64,000 bases of DNA from an uncultured delta proteobacterium (GCA_963745835.1 CAVUZH010000018.1:416001-480000); one strand, 5' to 3'. Shown: positions 10,796-24,431, counted from the stretch's first letter. The notes: a model not told the origin generated them from the sequence alone. Numbers and translations are program-made.

Positions 10796-11398
10796 TTGGC
10801 GGACCACGCCGTTACGATTCTCATTATTCTGAGCGTTGTTCTTATCGGTTTGCTGATCGTTCGGCCCTCGCTTACCGCGGTAACCGGCGGCAAGATTCTT
10901 GCTTTTATTGCGCTGTTTATTTTGCCGATCACCGCGCTGGCTTTGGGCTCGGCGGTTCATCTCAAAGAGGCCACATCCACCAGCTTCTGTCTATCCTGCC
11001 ACCCGATGGAGGCCTACGGAAAAAGTCTGCGCATTGACGATTCGACCTATATTCCCGCATTCCACTTCCAAAACAATCTCATTTCGCGAAGTGAAGCTTG
11101 TTTTACCTGTCACACCAACTACGCGATGTTCGGCGGCTTAAAGGCCAAGATCGGCGGCCTCAAGCATCTCTACATCTACTACTTCGGGACGGTACCGGCG
11201 AAGCTCGCTCTTTATGAGCCTTACAACAATCGTGAATGCCTGCACTGCCATACTGGCGCGAGATCTTTTGAAGAAACATCTCCTCACAAAGAAATGAGCG
11301 AGCAGCTGGGCACCAATGACATGTCGTGTCTGACCTGTCATAACAAGATCCATGACGCTGGGCAGGCGGACAAGATGAAGCTGTGGAAAGGACCGTGA
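10796..11398 (+). CDS. NapC/NirT-family membrane-bound tetraheme cytochrome c
   Basis: Two N-terminal TM helices; TSTSFCLSCHPM, CFTCH, CLHCH, CLTCH; start codon uncertain. Confidence 0.85.
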   Translation: MADHAVTILIILSVVLIGLLIVRPSLTAVTGGKILAFIALFILPITALALGSAVHLKEATSTSFCLSCHPMEAYGKSLRIDDSTYIPAFHFQNNLISRSEACFTCHTNYAMFGGLKAKIGGLKHLYIYYFGTVPAKLALYEPYNNRECLHCHTGARSFEETSPHKEMSEQLGTNDMSCLTCHNKIHDAGQADKMKLWKGP

Positions 11399-11613
11399 TC
11401 GTGGCCGAGAATACCTCTCCATTGCAGAGTAGGCTGAAGATCGCTGCTTACCTGCTGATCGCCGGGCTGCTGGTGGAAGTCGTAACGCTCTACTGGTCCA
11501 GCCCGCTGAGTTTCATGCTTTTCATCGGCCTCGGCGGAACTCTCATCTGTTTGGGCATTATCGTTTACCTCACGGCCATCGTTGGCCACACCAACCAGCG
11601 AAACGCGATATAG
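11395..11613 (+). CDS. Small two-TM membrane protein
   Basis: GTGA overlap with the upstream stop; two hydrophobic segments. Confidence 0.6.
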   Translation: MIVAENTSPLQSRLKIAAYLLIAGLLVEVVTLYWSSPLSFMLFIGLGGTLICLGIIVYLTAIVGHTNQRNAI

Positions 11614-11711
11614 GTCGCAATGGCCGATCGGTTTTCTCGGCGTGTACCCGAATCCGGTGCTAATTAGCAGGAGAAATTTAAGACAGCGAAGTCTGAATGA
11701 GGAGAAGAACA

Positions 11712-12048
11712 ATGAACATAACGCATACACTAGCGATCAGCAGCATCGTTCTCTTGTTCGGATGGCCCGCTTCAGGGGTTGTGGCCGCCGATGCGCAGTC
11801 GGGTAAGGCAGTTTATGACAAAAATTGCGCGGGTTGCCATGGCGCCGACGGCAAGGGGAATCCGGGCATGATCAAAGCCCTTGGGGAAAAAGGCTTGAAT
11901 ATCGTCACTAAAGAAACGACCCAGAAGTCGGACGAAGAGCTTTTGAAAATCATCGCTGATGGGAGCCGGTAAAATGCCCCCGTCAAAAAAACTCAGCAAA
12001 GAAGAGCAAAAGCAATCATTGGATTACACCAGATCGCTCGCGAAGTAA
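11712..12048 (+). CDS. Monoheme class I cytochrome c (+1 frameshift near 11963)
   Basis: GAGGAG RBS, signal peptide, GKAVYDKNCAGCHG; after the shift G(A)GKMPP supplies the axial Met, stop at 12046-12048. Confidence 0.82.
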
Positions 12049-12180
12049 TCCCAGGACGCTCTCGGTGAGCAGCCGATAAGCCCACTCTGCCGCGCCTTTT
12101 GGCGCACGTTCCTTCCATCAGCATTTGCCAGACGCTCACGCGGCTGCTGCGCAAACCAGCCAGAACAGTTTTGTCCCGTT

Positions 12181-12229
12181 GGGCCGGACCAAGTGCTCGC
12201 CAGCGCACAAGCGTTCGAGAAGCTGATTG
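12181..12229 (+). repeat. Fourth, shorter copy of the cytochrome 3'-end sequence (a fifth ~24-bp remnant lies at 12416-12439)
   Basis: gggccggaccaagtgctcgccagcgcacaagcgttcgagaagctgattg; remnant gcgcaagcgttcgagagcctgatt. Confidence 0.7.
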
Positions 12230-12359
12230 GCAACCGGCGACCGCGGCGCGACGGATAAGAACAATTATGCTCCGGCGCTTCAACCACGATAATCAATCGC
12301 AACTTAAATCAAACGCATTACGATCAATGCAAGCGATGCTCACTGAACTTTCCGACCAA

Positions 12360-12379
12360 TATTGGACTAAGGTCCAATA
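12360..12379 (+). promoter_or_regulatory. Palindromic box copy 2, upstream of frdC
   Basis: TATTGGACTAAGGTCCAATA. Confidence 0.85.
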
Positions 12380-12485
12380 TACCGCATCTCAATTTCCCGA
12401 TAGAAAATTTTTCAGGCGCAAGCGTTCGAGAGCCTGATTTATAGCGACCGCTGCGGATACTCAATGTATAGAGAAGGAGCCATCA

Positions 12486-13271
12486 ATGAGTAACCAAGTC
12501 GATGTCATTGCCGGAACCGGTCTGGACCTCAAAGCGCGAAAGAGTCACTGGCCGGCGCGCTTGGATTTTGTCCAGAGCGCGAGCGGATTGTTCTTGGGCC
12601 TTTTCATGTGGGGCCATATGGCTTTCGTGTCGACGATCCTGATCAGCAACGATGCCATGTATTGGGTGACGAAGATGTTCGAGGGAGAGTTTATCCTCGG
12701 CAAAGCCTATTCCGGCATCGTGGCTGCAGTCGTTGCCGTGGTTTCGTTCATGTTCGTGCTCCACGGCTTGCTCGCCATGCGAAAATTTCCTGGAAATTTT
12801 CAAGAGTACAGAAGTTTCGCCGGCCACCGGCGAATGATGCGCCATGAGGACACCACACTCTGGTGGGTGCAGGCGTGGACCGGCTTTGCCCTCTTTTTTC
12901 TGGCTTCGGTTCATCTATACCAGATGCTCATGAATCCCGGTGCTATCGGCCCTTACGAGTCGGCGGAGCGCGTGTGGAGCGGCGGTTGGTGGCCGCTCTA
13001 TCTGGTCCTGTTGTTTGCCGTCGAGCTGCACGGCGGCGTCGGTCTCTACCGGCTGGCAGTAAAGTGGGGCTGGTTCGAAGGTGAAGATCCGAATCGGACG
13101 CGCACGATGCTTAAGCGGCTCAAGTGGGCAATCACGATATTTTTCCTGACGCTTGGGCTGCTCACCCTGGCGGCGTACATGAAGCTCGGCCACGAGCGCC
13201 GCGATCGTCTCGGCGAGCGCTATGTGCCGTCCTGGGCCGCGCCTTCGAGTTCGCCGGCACAGCATCGCTAA
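12486..13271 (+). CDS. frdC: Fumarate reductase diheme cytochrome b subunit (Wolinella/Campylobacter type)
   Basis: PARLDFVQSASGLFLGLFMWGHM, HGLLAMRKFP, HEDTTLWWVQ, ELHGGVGLYRLAVKWGWF. Confidence 0.93.
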   Translation: MSNQVDVIAGTGLDLKARKSHWPARLDFVQSASGLFLGLFMWGHMAFVSTILISNDAMYWVTKMFEGEFILGKAYSGIVAAVVAVVSFMFVLHGLLAMRKFPGNFQEYRSFAGHRRMMRHEDTTLWWVQAWTGFALFFLASVHLYQMLMNPGAIGPYESAERVWSGGWWPLYLVLLFAVELHGGVGLYRLAVKWGWFEGEDPNRTRTMLKRLKWAITIFFLTLGLLTLAAYMKLGHERRDRLGERYVPSWAAPSSSPAQHR

Positions 13272-13279
13272 CGGAGCCG

Positions 13280-13468
13280 AAAAATTCGAAGCACGAAGCC
13301 AAAAAATTCGAAGCACGAAACCCGAAATCCGAAACAATATCAAATGATCGAAATAGGGAAAATTCTAAACGAGACTGGCATTCGGATTCGGTAGTTTTGG
13401 ATTTGCGGATTTTCGAAATTTTTGGCTGGGTTTGTTTCGGGTTTCGATATTCGGATTTCGGATTTTTT
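13280..13468. repeat. Hairpin with 7-bp periodic arms (CGAAATC/GATTTCG family) between frdC and frdA
   Basis: aattcgaagcacgaaacccgaaatccgaaacaa ... ttgtttcgggtttcgatattcggatttcggatttt. Confidence 0.8.
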
Positions 13469-13526
13469 CGCTGGTCGTTTGGCGGGAGAAAATTTCTTAG
13501 GTGATTCTGACGAAGGAAGTTAAGCC

Positions 13527-15503
13527 ATGAAAATACTTTACACCGACGTTCTCGTGATCGGCGGCGGTCTGGCTGGCCTGCGCATCGGTATTGGCGCCAA
13601 ACGGCGCGGCCATGATGTCATCATTCTTTCGCTGGTGCCGCCGAAGCGTTCTCATTCAGCGGCGGCGCAAGGCGGCATGCAGGCGAGCCTCGCCAACGTC
13701 ATCAAGGGCCAGGGCGACAACGAAGACGTGCACTTCGAAGACACCGTGCGCGGCAGCGACTGGGGCGCAGACCAGCAAGTCGTGCGCATGTTCGTCGATA
13801 CCGCGCCCAAAGCGGTGCGCGAACTGGCGGCCTGGGGGCTTCCCTGGAGCCGGATAACCAGAGGCGATCGCGACGTCATCATCAACGGGCAAAAAGTCAC
13901 CATCACCGAGCGCGACGAAGCCCATGGACTGATTGCCCAGCGCGCCTTCGGCGGCACCAACAAGTGGCGCACCTGTTATGTTTCGGACGGCACCGGGCAC
14001 GCCATGCTCACTACGATGAGCGATCAGGCGATTGCCCAGAAGATACCGGTGCATGAAAGAGCCGAGGCGATCGCTTTGATCCACGACGGCAGTCGCTGTT
14101 ACGGCGCGATCGTGCGCAGTCTTGTGACCGGCGAGTTAACGGCTTACGTCGCTAAAGCCACAGCCATTACCGGCGGCGGCGCCGGACGCCTCTATCGTGT
14201 GACCACCAATGCGGTCATCTCCGAAGGGATACCCACGGCTATCGCGCTGGAGACCGGCGTCGCCACCCTCGGCAATATGGAGGCGGTGCAGTTTCATCCG
14301 ACGCCGGCCTTTCCTCCCGGTATCCTGCTCACCGAGGGCGCCCGAGGCGACGGCGGTCTTTTAAAAGACGTCGATGGCCATCGCTTCATGCCGGATTACG
14401 AGCCGGAGAAAAAAGAGCTCGCCTCGCGCGACGTGGTCTCGCGCCGGATGGAAGAGCACATCGCCAAAGGCAAAGGCGTGAAGTCGCGATTCGGCGAGCA
14501 TCTCTGGTTGGACATCACGCTATTGGGCGAGCACCACATCAAGCACAACCTGCGTGAGGTTTACGAGATCTGTCATTATTTTCTCGGCGTCGATCCGGTG
14601 AAAGAATGGGTGCCGGTGCGGCCGGCACAGCACTACACCATGGGCGGCGTGCGCACCAACCACACCGGCGAAAGCCCGACCTTGAAGGGATTGTTCTCGG
14701 CCGGCGAAGCGGCCTGCTGGGACATGCATGGCTTTAACCGGTTGGGCGGAAACTCGGTGGCGGAGACGGTGGCGGCCGGCATGATCGTCGGTGAGTTCAT
14801 CGCCGACTACTGCGACCGCTCCGAGAACGCCGGCAATATTCCTACCAGGCTGATTGAGGAAGCGCTGCATCGCGAGCAAGCGAAGATCGATGTCTTGATC
14901 AACGGCCGGGGCACAGAGAACCCCGCTGCGATCATGGCCGGGATGCAGACGATCATGACTACTAAGGTCGGCATCTTTCGTAGGGGTCCCGTGTTGGAGG
15001 AGGCGGTGCACGAGTTACAGCAACTATTATTGCGCAGCCGCAACATCGGCCTGCGCTACAAGGCGAGGGGCGCCAATCCGGAGCTGGTGACGGCCTATCG
15101 GGTGCAGAAGATGCTCAAGATGGCGCTGTGCGTCGCCTATGGCGCGCTCCAGCGCACCGAAAGCCGCGGCGCTCATTTCCGCGAGGACTTTCCGCGCCGC
15201 AACGACGCCGAGTGGCTGAACCGCACCTTGGCGACGTGGAAATCTGAAACCGACACATTGCCGTCGCTCGCCTACGAAAAACTCGATGTCATGAAAATGG
15301 AGCTGCCCCCAGGCTGGCGCGGCTACGGCGCCAAGGATCACATCGATCATCCGGACACGGCCAGGCGAATTGCCGAGATCGAAGCGCTGAAGCAGCGCAA
15401 TGGCGCTGATCGTTTCGCATTTCAAAAGATACTGATGCCTTACGAACATCTGATGCCAAGGCCTTTCCGCGGCAGAAATGAACGGATCGACGAAAGATTG
15501 TAG
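13527..15503 (+). CDS. frdA: Fumarate reductase flavoprotein subunit
   Basis: [16 protein letters not shown] (covalent FAD His), [31 protein letters not shown]. Confidence 0.95.
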   Translation: MKILYTDVLVIGGGLAGLRIGIGAKRRGHDVIILSLVPPKRSHSAAAQGGMQASLANVIKGQGDNEDVHFEDTVRGSDWGADQQVVRMFVDTAPKAVRELAAWGLPWSRITRGDRDVIINGQKVTITERDEAHGLIAQRAFGGTNKWRTCYVSDGTGHAMLTTMSDQAIAQKIPVHERAEAIALIHDGSRCYGAIVRSLVTGELTAYVAKATAITGGGAGRLYRVTTNAVISEGIPTAIALETGVATLGNMEAVQFHPTPAFPPGILLTEGARGDGGLLKDVDGHRFMPDYEPEKKELASRDVVSRRMEEHIAKGKGVKSRFGEHLWLDITLLGEHHIKHNLREVYEICHYFLGVDPVKEWVPVRPAQHYTMGGVRTNHTGESPTLKGLFSAGEAACWDMHGFNRLGGNSVAETVAAGMIVGEFIADYCDRSENAGNIPTRLIEEALHREQAKIDVLINGRGTENPAAIMAGMQTIMTTKVGIFRRGPVLEEAVHELQQLLLRSRNIGLRYKARGANPELVTAYRVQKMLKMALCVAYGALQRTESRGAHFREDFPRRNDAEWLNRTLATWKSETDTLPSLAYEKLDVMKMELPPGWRGYGAKDHIDHPDTARRIAEIEALKQRNGADRFAFQKILMPYEHLMPRPFRGRNERIDERL

Positions 15504-15552
15504 AGCCAGATGGCTGTTTTGGGTTTCGAGTTCCGGGGAGATAAGTCGAGTA

Positions 15553-15658
15553 GTTCAAAACGTTCAAGCAGTTCAAGCCCCCACCTCTTTCCTCCGCCGC
15601 GACGCGGGGGAGGATGAGGAGGGGTGGAACCATTGAAACACTTGGAACAGTTGGAACC
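15553..15658. repeat. Hairpin with 9-bp periodic arms around a GC-rich stem, between frdA and fumC
   Basis: GTTCAAAAC-GTTCAAGCA-GTTCAAG / CCCCACCTCTTTCCTCCGCCGC-GAC-GCGGGGGAGGATGAGGAGGGG / TGGAACCAT-TGAAACACT-TGGAACAGT-TGGAAC. Confidence 0.75.
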
Positions 15659-15695
15659 GAATCTTTCTTCGAAGCGCCAGAAAGGAGCATCCGGC

Positions 15696-17093
<1,398 letters not shown>

Positions 17094-17144
17094 GATTCGA
17101 TTCCCGAATGAAGAGTCGAGAGACTCGTGTCGCAATGAGGAGAG

Positions 17145-17892
17145 ATGAAAATGGAAAATAACGCCGTGACCCGCCAGCTGAAGATCAGCGTTCTTCGTTT
17201 TAACCCACAGGAGCCGGGAAGCGTGCCGCGCATGCAGACCTACGAGATCGAGGAAGCTGAACAGATGACGCTGTTCATCGCCCTGATGGAGATTCGCGAG
17301 AAACAGGATCCGTCCCTGGAGTTCGACTTCGTCTGCCGCGCCGGCATCTGCGGCAGCTGCGGCATGATGATTAACGGCAGCCCGACCCTGGCCTGCCGCA
17401 CGTTGACGAAAGACTTGGGCGCCCGAGATCACGTTGGCGCCGCTGCCGGTCTTCGAGCTGATCGCGGACTTGTCGGTGGATACCGGCAAATGGATGCGCG
17501 GCATGAGCGAGCGATTGGAGACCTGGCTGCACATGAAGGAGCAGGAACCGGATCTGCGCCGGCTGGAAGAAAGGATGGAGCCGGAACTGGCGGAAAAGAT
17601 CTATGAGCTCGACCGCTGCATCGAGTGCGGCTGTTGCGTCGCCGGTTGCGGCACGGCGCGCATGCGCGAGGATTTTGTCGGCGCGGTGGGGCTCAACAAG
17701 ATCGCGCGCTTCCGTCTCGATCCGCGCGATCGGCGCGACGATGACGACTATTTCGAGGTGATCGGCGACGACGACGGCGTCTTCGGCTGCATGTCTCTGA
17801 TGGCCTGCCACGACGTTTGCCCGAAGAACCTGCCGCTGGCGACGCAGATCGCTTTTCTCAGACGTAAAATGGTGTCGGTGGGATGGAAATGA
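17145..17892 (+). CDS. frdB: Fumarate reductase iron-sulfur subunit (+1 frameshift near 17420)
   Basis: [11 protein letters not shown]...LAC; [11 protein letters not shown]; [14 protein letters not shown]. Confidence 0.92.
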
Positions 17893-17943
17893 TGTGCGAT
17901 TCCGAGCTGTAACACCTCCGCAAGTGCGCGAAAGGAGACTCAC

Positions 17944-19455
17944 ATGAGTAAGGTAGAAGCGGTGCCGGTGACACCCACCGTAAGCGCCAAAAAAGAGAGC
18001 TCCAAAAAAATCGGCTGGAAACATTTTGCGCCGATTGTTGTGGCGCTCATTATTGCGCTCATCCCCGCGCCGGCGGGGCTGCCACAGTACGCGTGGTACT
18101 ACTTCGCCATTTTTGCCGGCGTGATCGTCGGTCTGATGTTCGAACCCCTGCCCGGTGGCGCCATCGGGTTGATCGCCGTGACTTTGGTCGCGCGATTATC
18201 CGAGTACGTCCTCTACTCGCCGGAGCAACTCGCGAAGCCAGGTTTTAACGCGCTTAACGCCTCCTTGAGCTGGGCGCTTTCGGGCTTCTCCAATAGCACG
18301 GTCTGGCTGATCTTCGGCGCGTTCATGTTTGCGCTCGGTTATGAAAAGACCGGGCTCGGCCGGCGCATCGCGCTGATGCTGGTAAAGGCGATGGGGCGAA
18401 AGACGCTGACTCTCGGCTACGCGGTGGTGATTGCCGATACGATTCTGGCGCCGTTCACTCCTTCCAGCACCGCGCGCAGCGGCGGCACGATCTATCCGGT
18501 GATTAAAAATTTGCCGCCCCTCTATGGTTCGAAACCCGACGACCCGTCCATGCGGCGTATGGGCTCCTATCTTATGTGGGTGGCGATCGCGGCGACCTGC
18601 ATAACCAGCTCGATGTTTCTCACCGCGCTCGCGCCCAACCTGCTCGCCGTCGAGCTGGTGCGAAAGACCGCGAAGATCGAGATCGCGTGGCTCGACTGGT
18701 TTAAATACTTCGCTCCCGTCGGCATCCTTCTGCTCGCGGCATTGCCGCTGCTGGCCTACTGGATCTATCCGCCCGAGGTGAAGGAGGGAAAGGAGGTCCA
18801 GAGCTGGGCGGCCAACGAGCTGGAGAAAATGGGGGCGTTCTCACGCAAGGAGATTACCCTGGCAATACTGGTCCTGATCGCTCTGGTGATGTGGATCTTT
18901 CGAGGGGATGAAGTGAACGCCACCACCGCTGCGCTCATCGTCATCTCATTGATGCTGGTGACCAGCGTGGTGAGCTGGGATGACATCATCAAAAATTCCG
19001 CGGCTTGGAACACATTGGCGTGGTTCGCGACCTTGATCGCGCTTGCCGACGGCCTCACTCGCGTGGGGTTCGTGAAGTGGTTTGCGGAGACCGTCGCCAG
19101 TCAACTGACCGGCACTCCGCCGGCAATCGCGGTTGCGATGCTGCTGCTGATCAACTTTTTCGGCCACTATTTGTTTGCCAGCGTCACCGCCCACGTTACC
19201 GCAATGATTCCGGTGCTGCTCGCGGTCGCATCGACGATTCCCGGAGTCAACATGCATACGCTCGCTCTCGGTCTGTGCTTGCAGCTCGGCATCATGGGCA
19301 TCATCACGCCATACGCCAGCGGTCCAAGCCCGGTGTACTACGGCAGTGGGTATCTACCGGCCGCCGACTACTGGCGGTTGGGCGCGATTTTCGGCGTGAT
19401 CTTTTTCCTCGTGTTCCTCGTGATCGGCGTGCCTTGGATGCTGGCGATACGGTGA
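17944..19455 (+). CDS. DASS-family dicarboxylate antiporter (CitT/TtdT-like)
   Basis: TPSSTARSGG, SSMFLTALAPNLL, YLFASVTAH, ITPYASGPSPVYYGSGY. Confidence 0.9.
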   Translation: MSKVEAVPVTPTVSAKKESSKKIGWKHFAPIVVALIIALIPAPAGLPQYAWYYFAIFAGVIVGLMFEPLPGGAIGLIAVTLVARLSEYVLYSPEQLAKPGFNALNASLSWALSGFSNSTVWLIFGAFMFALGYEKTGLGRRIALMLVKAMGRKTLTLGYAVVIADTILAPFTPSSTARSGGTIYPVIKNLPPLYGSKPDDPSMRRMGSYLMWVAIAATCITSSMFLTALAPNLLAVELVRKTAKIEIAWLDWFKYFAPVGILLLAALPLLAYWIYPPEVKEGKEVQSWAANELEKMGAFSRKEITLAILVLIALVMWIFRGDEVNATTAALIVISLMLVTSVVSWDDIIKNSAAWNTLAWFATLIALADGLTRVGFVKWFAETVASQLTGTPPAIAVAMLLLINFFGHYLFASVTAHVTAMIPVLLAVASTIPGVNMHTLALGLCLQLGIMGIITPYASGPSPVYYGSGYLPAADYWRLGAIFGVIFFLVFLVIGVPWMLAIR

Positions 19456-19496
19456 GCGGCGCCCGGTACTGGCCACATCCGCAAAGAGAGATTTAG

Positions 19497-20150
19497 ATGG
19501 ATATCCCGGCTATAAACTACCTGGTGCATTTCTCGAACATCCTGCTGGTCGTATCCTACTCGGTGCGGGACATTTTGTGGCTGCGCTGGTTTGCGGTTGC
19601 CGCCGCGCTCACCAACATTCCGTACTTTCTCCTTCAGGGTACCGTGCTCTGGCCGCCGGTTCTCTGGGCGCTGGTATTCACCGCGATCAATCTCTATCAG
19701 ATTGTGCGCATCTATCTCGAGCGACGTCCCGTCGTGCTCTCGCAGGACGAACAGAAGCTCTATGATCTGGGGTTCCGTTCGCTTCGTCCGCGCGAGTTCG
19801 TTTCACTGTCGCTCGTCGGTGAGTGGAGGAACGCCGCGGCCGGCGAGAGGGTCATGACCGAAGGGGAGCCGGTGTTGGGCGTTTGCATCCCGATCACCGG
19901 GAGCGCAGACGTACGCAAGCAGGGTGCGCACATCGGCGCGCTCAAACCGGGGCACATCATCGGCACCGCGTTGGCTCTCACCGGCGAACCATCACCGGTA
20001 GAAGTGACCTTCACCGAGCCCGCACGTTACATGCGCTGGTCGCTTCCGAGCCTGCGAAGTTTTATGGACAAACGGCCGGAACTGCGGATCACGCTGCAAG
20101 GTCTCGTGAACCGCGACTTGGCCGGAAAACTAGAACGAGTGTTATCGTGA
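19497..20150 (+). CDS. Popeye-like membrane protein: three TM helices plus a degenerate cyclic-nucleotide-binding domain
   Basis: HFSNILLVVSYSVRDILWLR TM block followed by a cNMP-like beta-roll (GERVMTEGEP...GALKPGHIIG). Confidence 0.7.
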   Translation: MDIPAINYLVHFSNILLVVSYSVRDILWLRWFAVAAALTNIPYFLLQGTVLWPPVLWALVFTAINLYQIVRIYLERRPVVLSQDEQKLYDLGFRSLRPREFVSLSLVGEWRNAAAGERVMTEGEPVLGVCIPITGSADVRKQGAHIGALKPGHIIGTALALTGEPSPVEVTFTEPARYMRWSLPSLRSFMDKRPELRITLQGLVNRDLAGKLERVLS

Positions 20151-20329
20151 AAGAACATAGATAAAACAAGGTGATCAGGTTTGACGAGGCAGAAATACAA
20201 CGGTGCGTGTCTAAGCGTCAACAGTTTAATTTCCCGATAGATTCGCCGCTGATGGAGCTCCTAAAAAATCGGCAACCAACTCGATGAGCTGGCGACCGCG
20301 GTTGTTCGCACTGAGACAAGGAGACAAGT

Positions 20330-21743
<1,414 letters not shown>

Positions 21744-22046
21744 GTCCGAAGCTGCAAACTTTCACGCGGAAATAAGTCAATGACAATTGCCAACTTTGCC
21801 CCAACTCGTGTGCGTCCTTGCAGCGATCTCTAGGGATACGCGCGATGGCACCGTTCTGAGCCGCAACTGCGTGTCACTTCGGCGTGGATCCATCAGAGTG
21901 TTCGCTTCGCTCAACGCCTCCTCTTGACCTACAGGCTCGCTGATAACCGGCGATCAGCTTCGAGCTGTCCGGCACCGTCAAGACCGGTAATTACTTCCTC
22001 AACCAATCGTTCATGATACCTGGAGGTGCCAGAATGATTCGCCGCA

Positions 22047-23285
22047 ATGGCCAAACGCATTGGTCTGCTCGGCAGACCGGTGCTGGCCCGCCGCTTCACT
22101 TGTCTGTTCGCAGTGATCGCCGTCCTGGTAATGGGAACGGCGCACGGGGCTGGGCCGCTCCGAGCCGAGCCGGAATCCCTCGAACGCGCGGCGCCCGAGC
22201 TGATCGAGCGACTTCGAGCCGACCCTTACAATTATTTCCGATTCGTCAACCGGCCGTGGATCGCGCGGGTCTGCGACGATTTGGGCAATGATTTGCGCGA
22301 GCTGCCAATTGTGCGGTTGCACGGCGACGCGCACGTCGAGCAGTTCGCGATGGCGCAGGATGCATGGGGGCTCGATGACTTCGACGACTCCGCTCAAGGC
22401 CCGGCCGCTATCGATATCGTACGCTTCCTGGGCTCCATCGATTTAGTGGCACGCCAGCGTTCCTGGGAAAAGGATCGTGACAGGCTGTTCGATCGATTCG
22501 TCGAAGGCTATAAGCGCGGTCTCGTCGAGCCCCACTATCTGCCTGGTCCGCCTGACGTCGTGCGCCGGCTACGCACCCAGGCGTCACCGACACGCGCGGC
22601 GTTTCTTGCGTGGGGCGAGACCAGGATGAAGCCTCTGGCCGAGGTGACAATGAAGCCTCTTGTCGCGGCGGTCGAAGCCTTTGCCCGCGTCGTGGTGCGC
22701 GAGCGGCCCGACCTCACGCCGGAATACTTTCACGTTGTCCGTGCCGGCTGGCTTCAGGGTGGCGTTGGCGGCGCCGTGAGTCCGAAAATCATGGTCCGCG
22801 TGCAGGGGCCGTCCGACGATCCAGCCGACGATGATCTCCTCGAGTTAAAAAGGATCGAAGATCTCCACGCCATCGGCTGCCTCAAGACGCCCACGGTTCA
22901 ACCAACGCTCCGCATCATCGACGGAAGCAAACAGCTTGGTCGGCTGAAGTACGGCATACTGGCGGCTGGACCCGAGCTCGTCGTCCCTGAGGTGATGGCC
23001 CGGGGGCAGCGGTTGCAGGATTGGTGGATGCGCAATGTGGAGCCGTCCTACCGCCAGGTTCGTTTGACCGAGCTCCGTTCCGTCGCGGACCTCGCGGGCA
23101 TTGTCTACGATGCCGGTGTGCAACTCGGAGCGGGCCGACTACAGAATAAGACAGTGCTGCTGGGCAGCTACGACCGCCAACGAATACTCGCCGCGACGGG
23201 CGGGCTCGAGAAACTCTATCGGCAGGAAGCCACCAAACTAGTCGATGACCTGCTCCAAGGATGGCGGGAGCTCTCAACACGATGA
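22047..23285 (+). CDS. DUF2252-like (kinase-like fold) protein with apparent signal peptide
   Basis: DPYNYFR, LHGDAHVEQF, DDFDD motifs; N-terminal hydrophobic segment ending in AHG. Confidence 0.6.
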   Translation: MAKRIGLLGRPVLARRFTCLFAVIAVLVMGTAHGAGPLRAEPESLERAAPELIERLRADPYNYFRFVNRPWIARVCDDLGNDLRELPIVRLHGDAHVEQFAMAQDAWGLDDFDDSAQGPAAIDIVRFLGSIDLVARQRSWEKDRDRLFDRFVEGYKRGLVEPHYLPGPPDVVRRLRTQASPTRAAFLAWGETRMKPLAEVTMKPLVAAVEAFARVVVRERPDLTPEYFHVVRAGWLQGGVGGAVSPKIMVRVQGPSDDPADDDLLELKRIEDLHAIGCLKTPTVQPTLRIIDGSKQLGRLKYGILAAGPELVVPEVMARGQRLQDWWMRNVEPSYRQVRLTELRSVADLAGIVYDAGVQLGAGRLQNKTVLLGSYDRQRILAATGGLEKLYRQEATKLVDDLLQGWRELSTR

Positions 23286-23338
23286 ATCTACTCGCGAGAT
23301 CGCAAGAGTAACGACCACTGATCTAATTGAACCAACGG

Positions 23339-24431
23339 ATGGACAGGAGCTTAGGTTACGATCAATTGGCTTCTCATCTTTGTGCCGATCACTGTGGCGC
23401 TTGAGCACGTCGCGCCGCAGGCGCACACGTGGATTTTTTTTAGCGCTTGTGTAGCCATAATCCCCATCGCCAGGCTCATCGTGTTGGCTACAGAACAAAT
23501 CTCCACACGCACAGGCGAAGCTGTTGGTGGCCTGCTCAATGCGACGTTCGGCAATGCGCCGGAGCTGATTATCACGCTCGTGGCGCTGAAGGCGGGCTAC
23601 GCGGACATGGTGCGGGGATCGTTGATCGGCGCGATCCTGGCCAATCTGCTGCTCGCCTTGGGCCTCGGCTTTCTGTTCGGAGGCCTTCGCCACGTCGACC
23701 AGAAATTCAATTCGATCGCCGCACGAGCGTACAGCACGATGATGCTGCTGGCGGTGACTAGTCTGATCGTGCCGAGCTCGTTCAGCAGGTTCTTTGCGCC
23801 CGAAGGCACGATTCGACAGGAGCAATTGCTGAACATCGGCATCGCCTTCGTGCTGCTGGCGGTCTATATCTTGTACCTGGTGTTTTCGCTCAAAACCCAT
23901 CCACACTCCTTCGCCAGCTTGGACCAGGAGGGCGCTCATCACGAAGGCCCAGAGTGGAGCCTGTGGCAAGCCATCGGAGGACTCCTGGGGGCGGCCATAC
24001 TGGCGGCGTGGATGAGCGAAATTCTTGTCGGGGCAGCGGAAGGCACTGGCAAGGCCTTGGGTATGTCACAGAGCTTCGTCGGGATTGTCTTTCTGGCCAT
24101 CGTCGGCGGCGCCGCGGAGAGTAGCTCCGTGATCGTGACGGCGCGCAAGAACAGGATGGATTTGTCGGTGAGCATTGCGTTGGGTAGTTGCATCCAGATC
24201 GCGCTTTTTGTCGCACCGGTACTGGTCTTGGCGAGTTACTTCATCGCCCCACGGCCGTTCGAACTCTCATTTAGCCGCGCGGAGGTCGGCTCGCTGTTCC
24301 TCGCCGTATTGATCGGTACCCTGGTTTGCGGCGACGGTCAGTCCAACTGGTTCAAGGGCGTGCAGCTCACCACGGTGTACGTAATCATGGCGTTGTTATT
24401 TTACTTTATGCCTGAGGTGATGCCGGGATGA
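23339..24431 (+). CDS. Calcium/proton exchanger (Cax/ChaA family), +1 frameshift near 23357
   Basis: INWLLIFVP, GGLLNATFGNAPELII, GSCIQIALFVAP, DGQSNWFKG. Confidence 0.9.
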
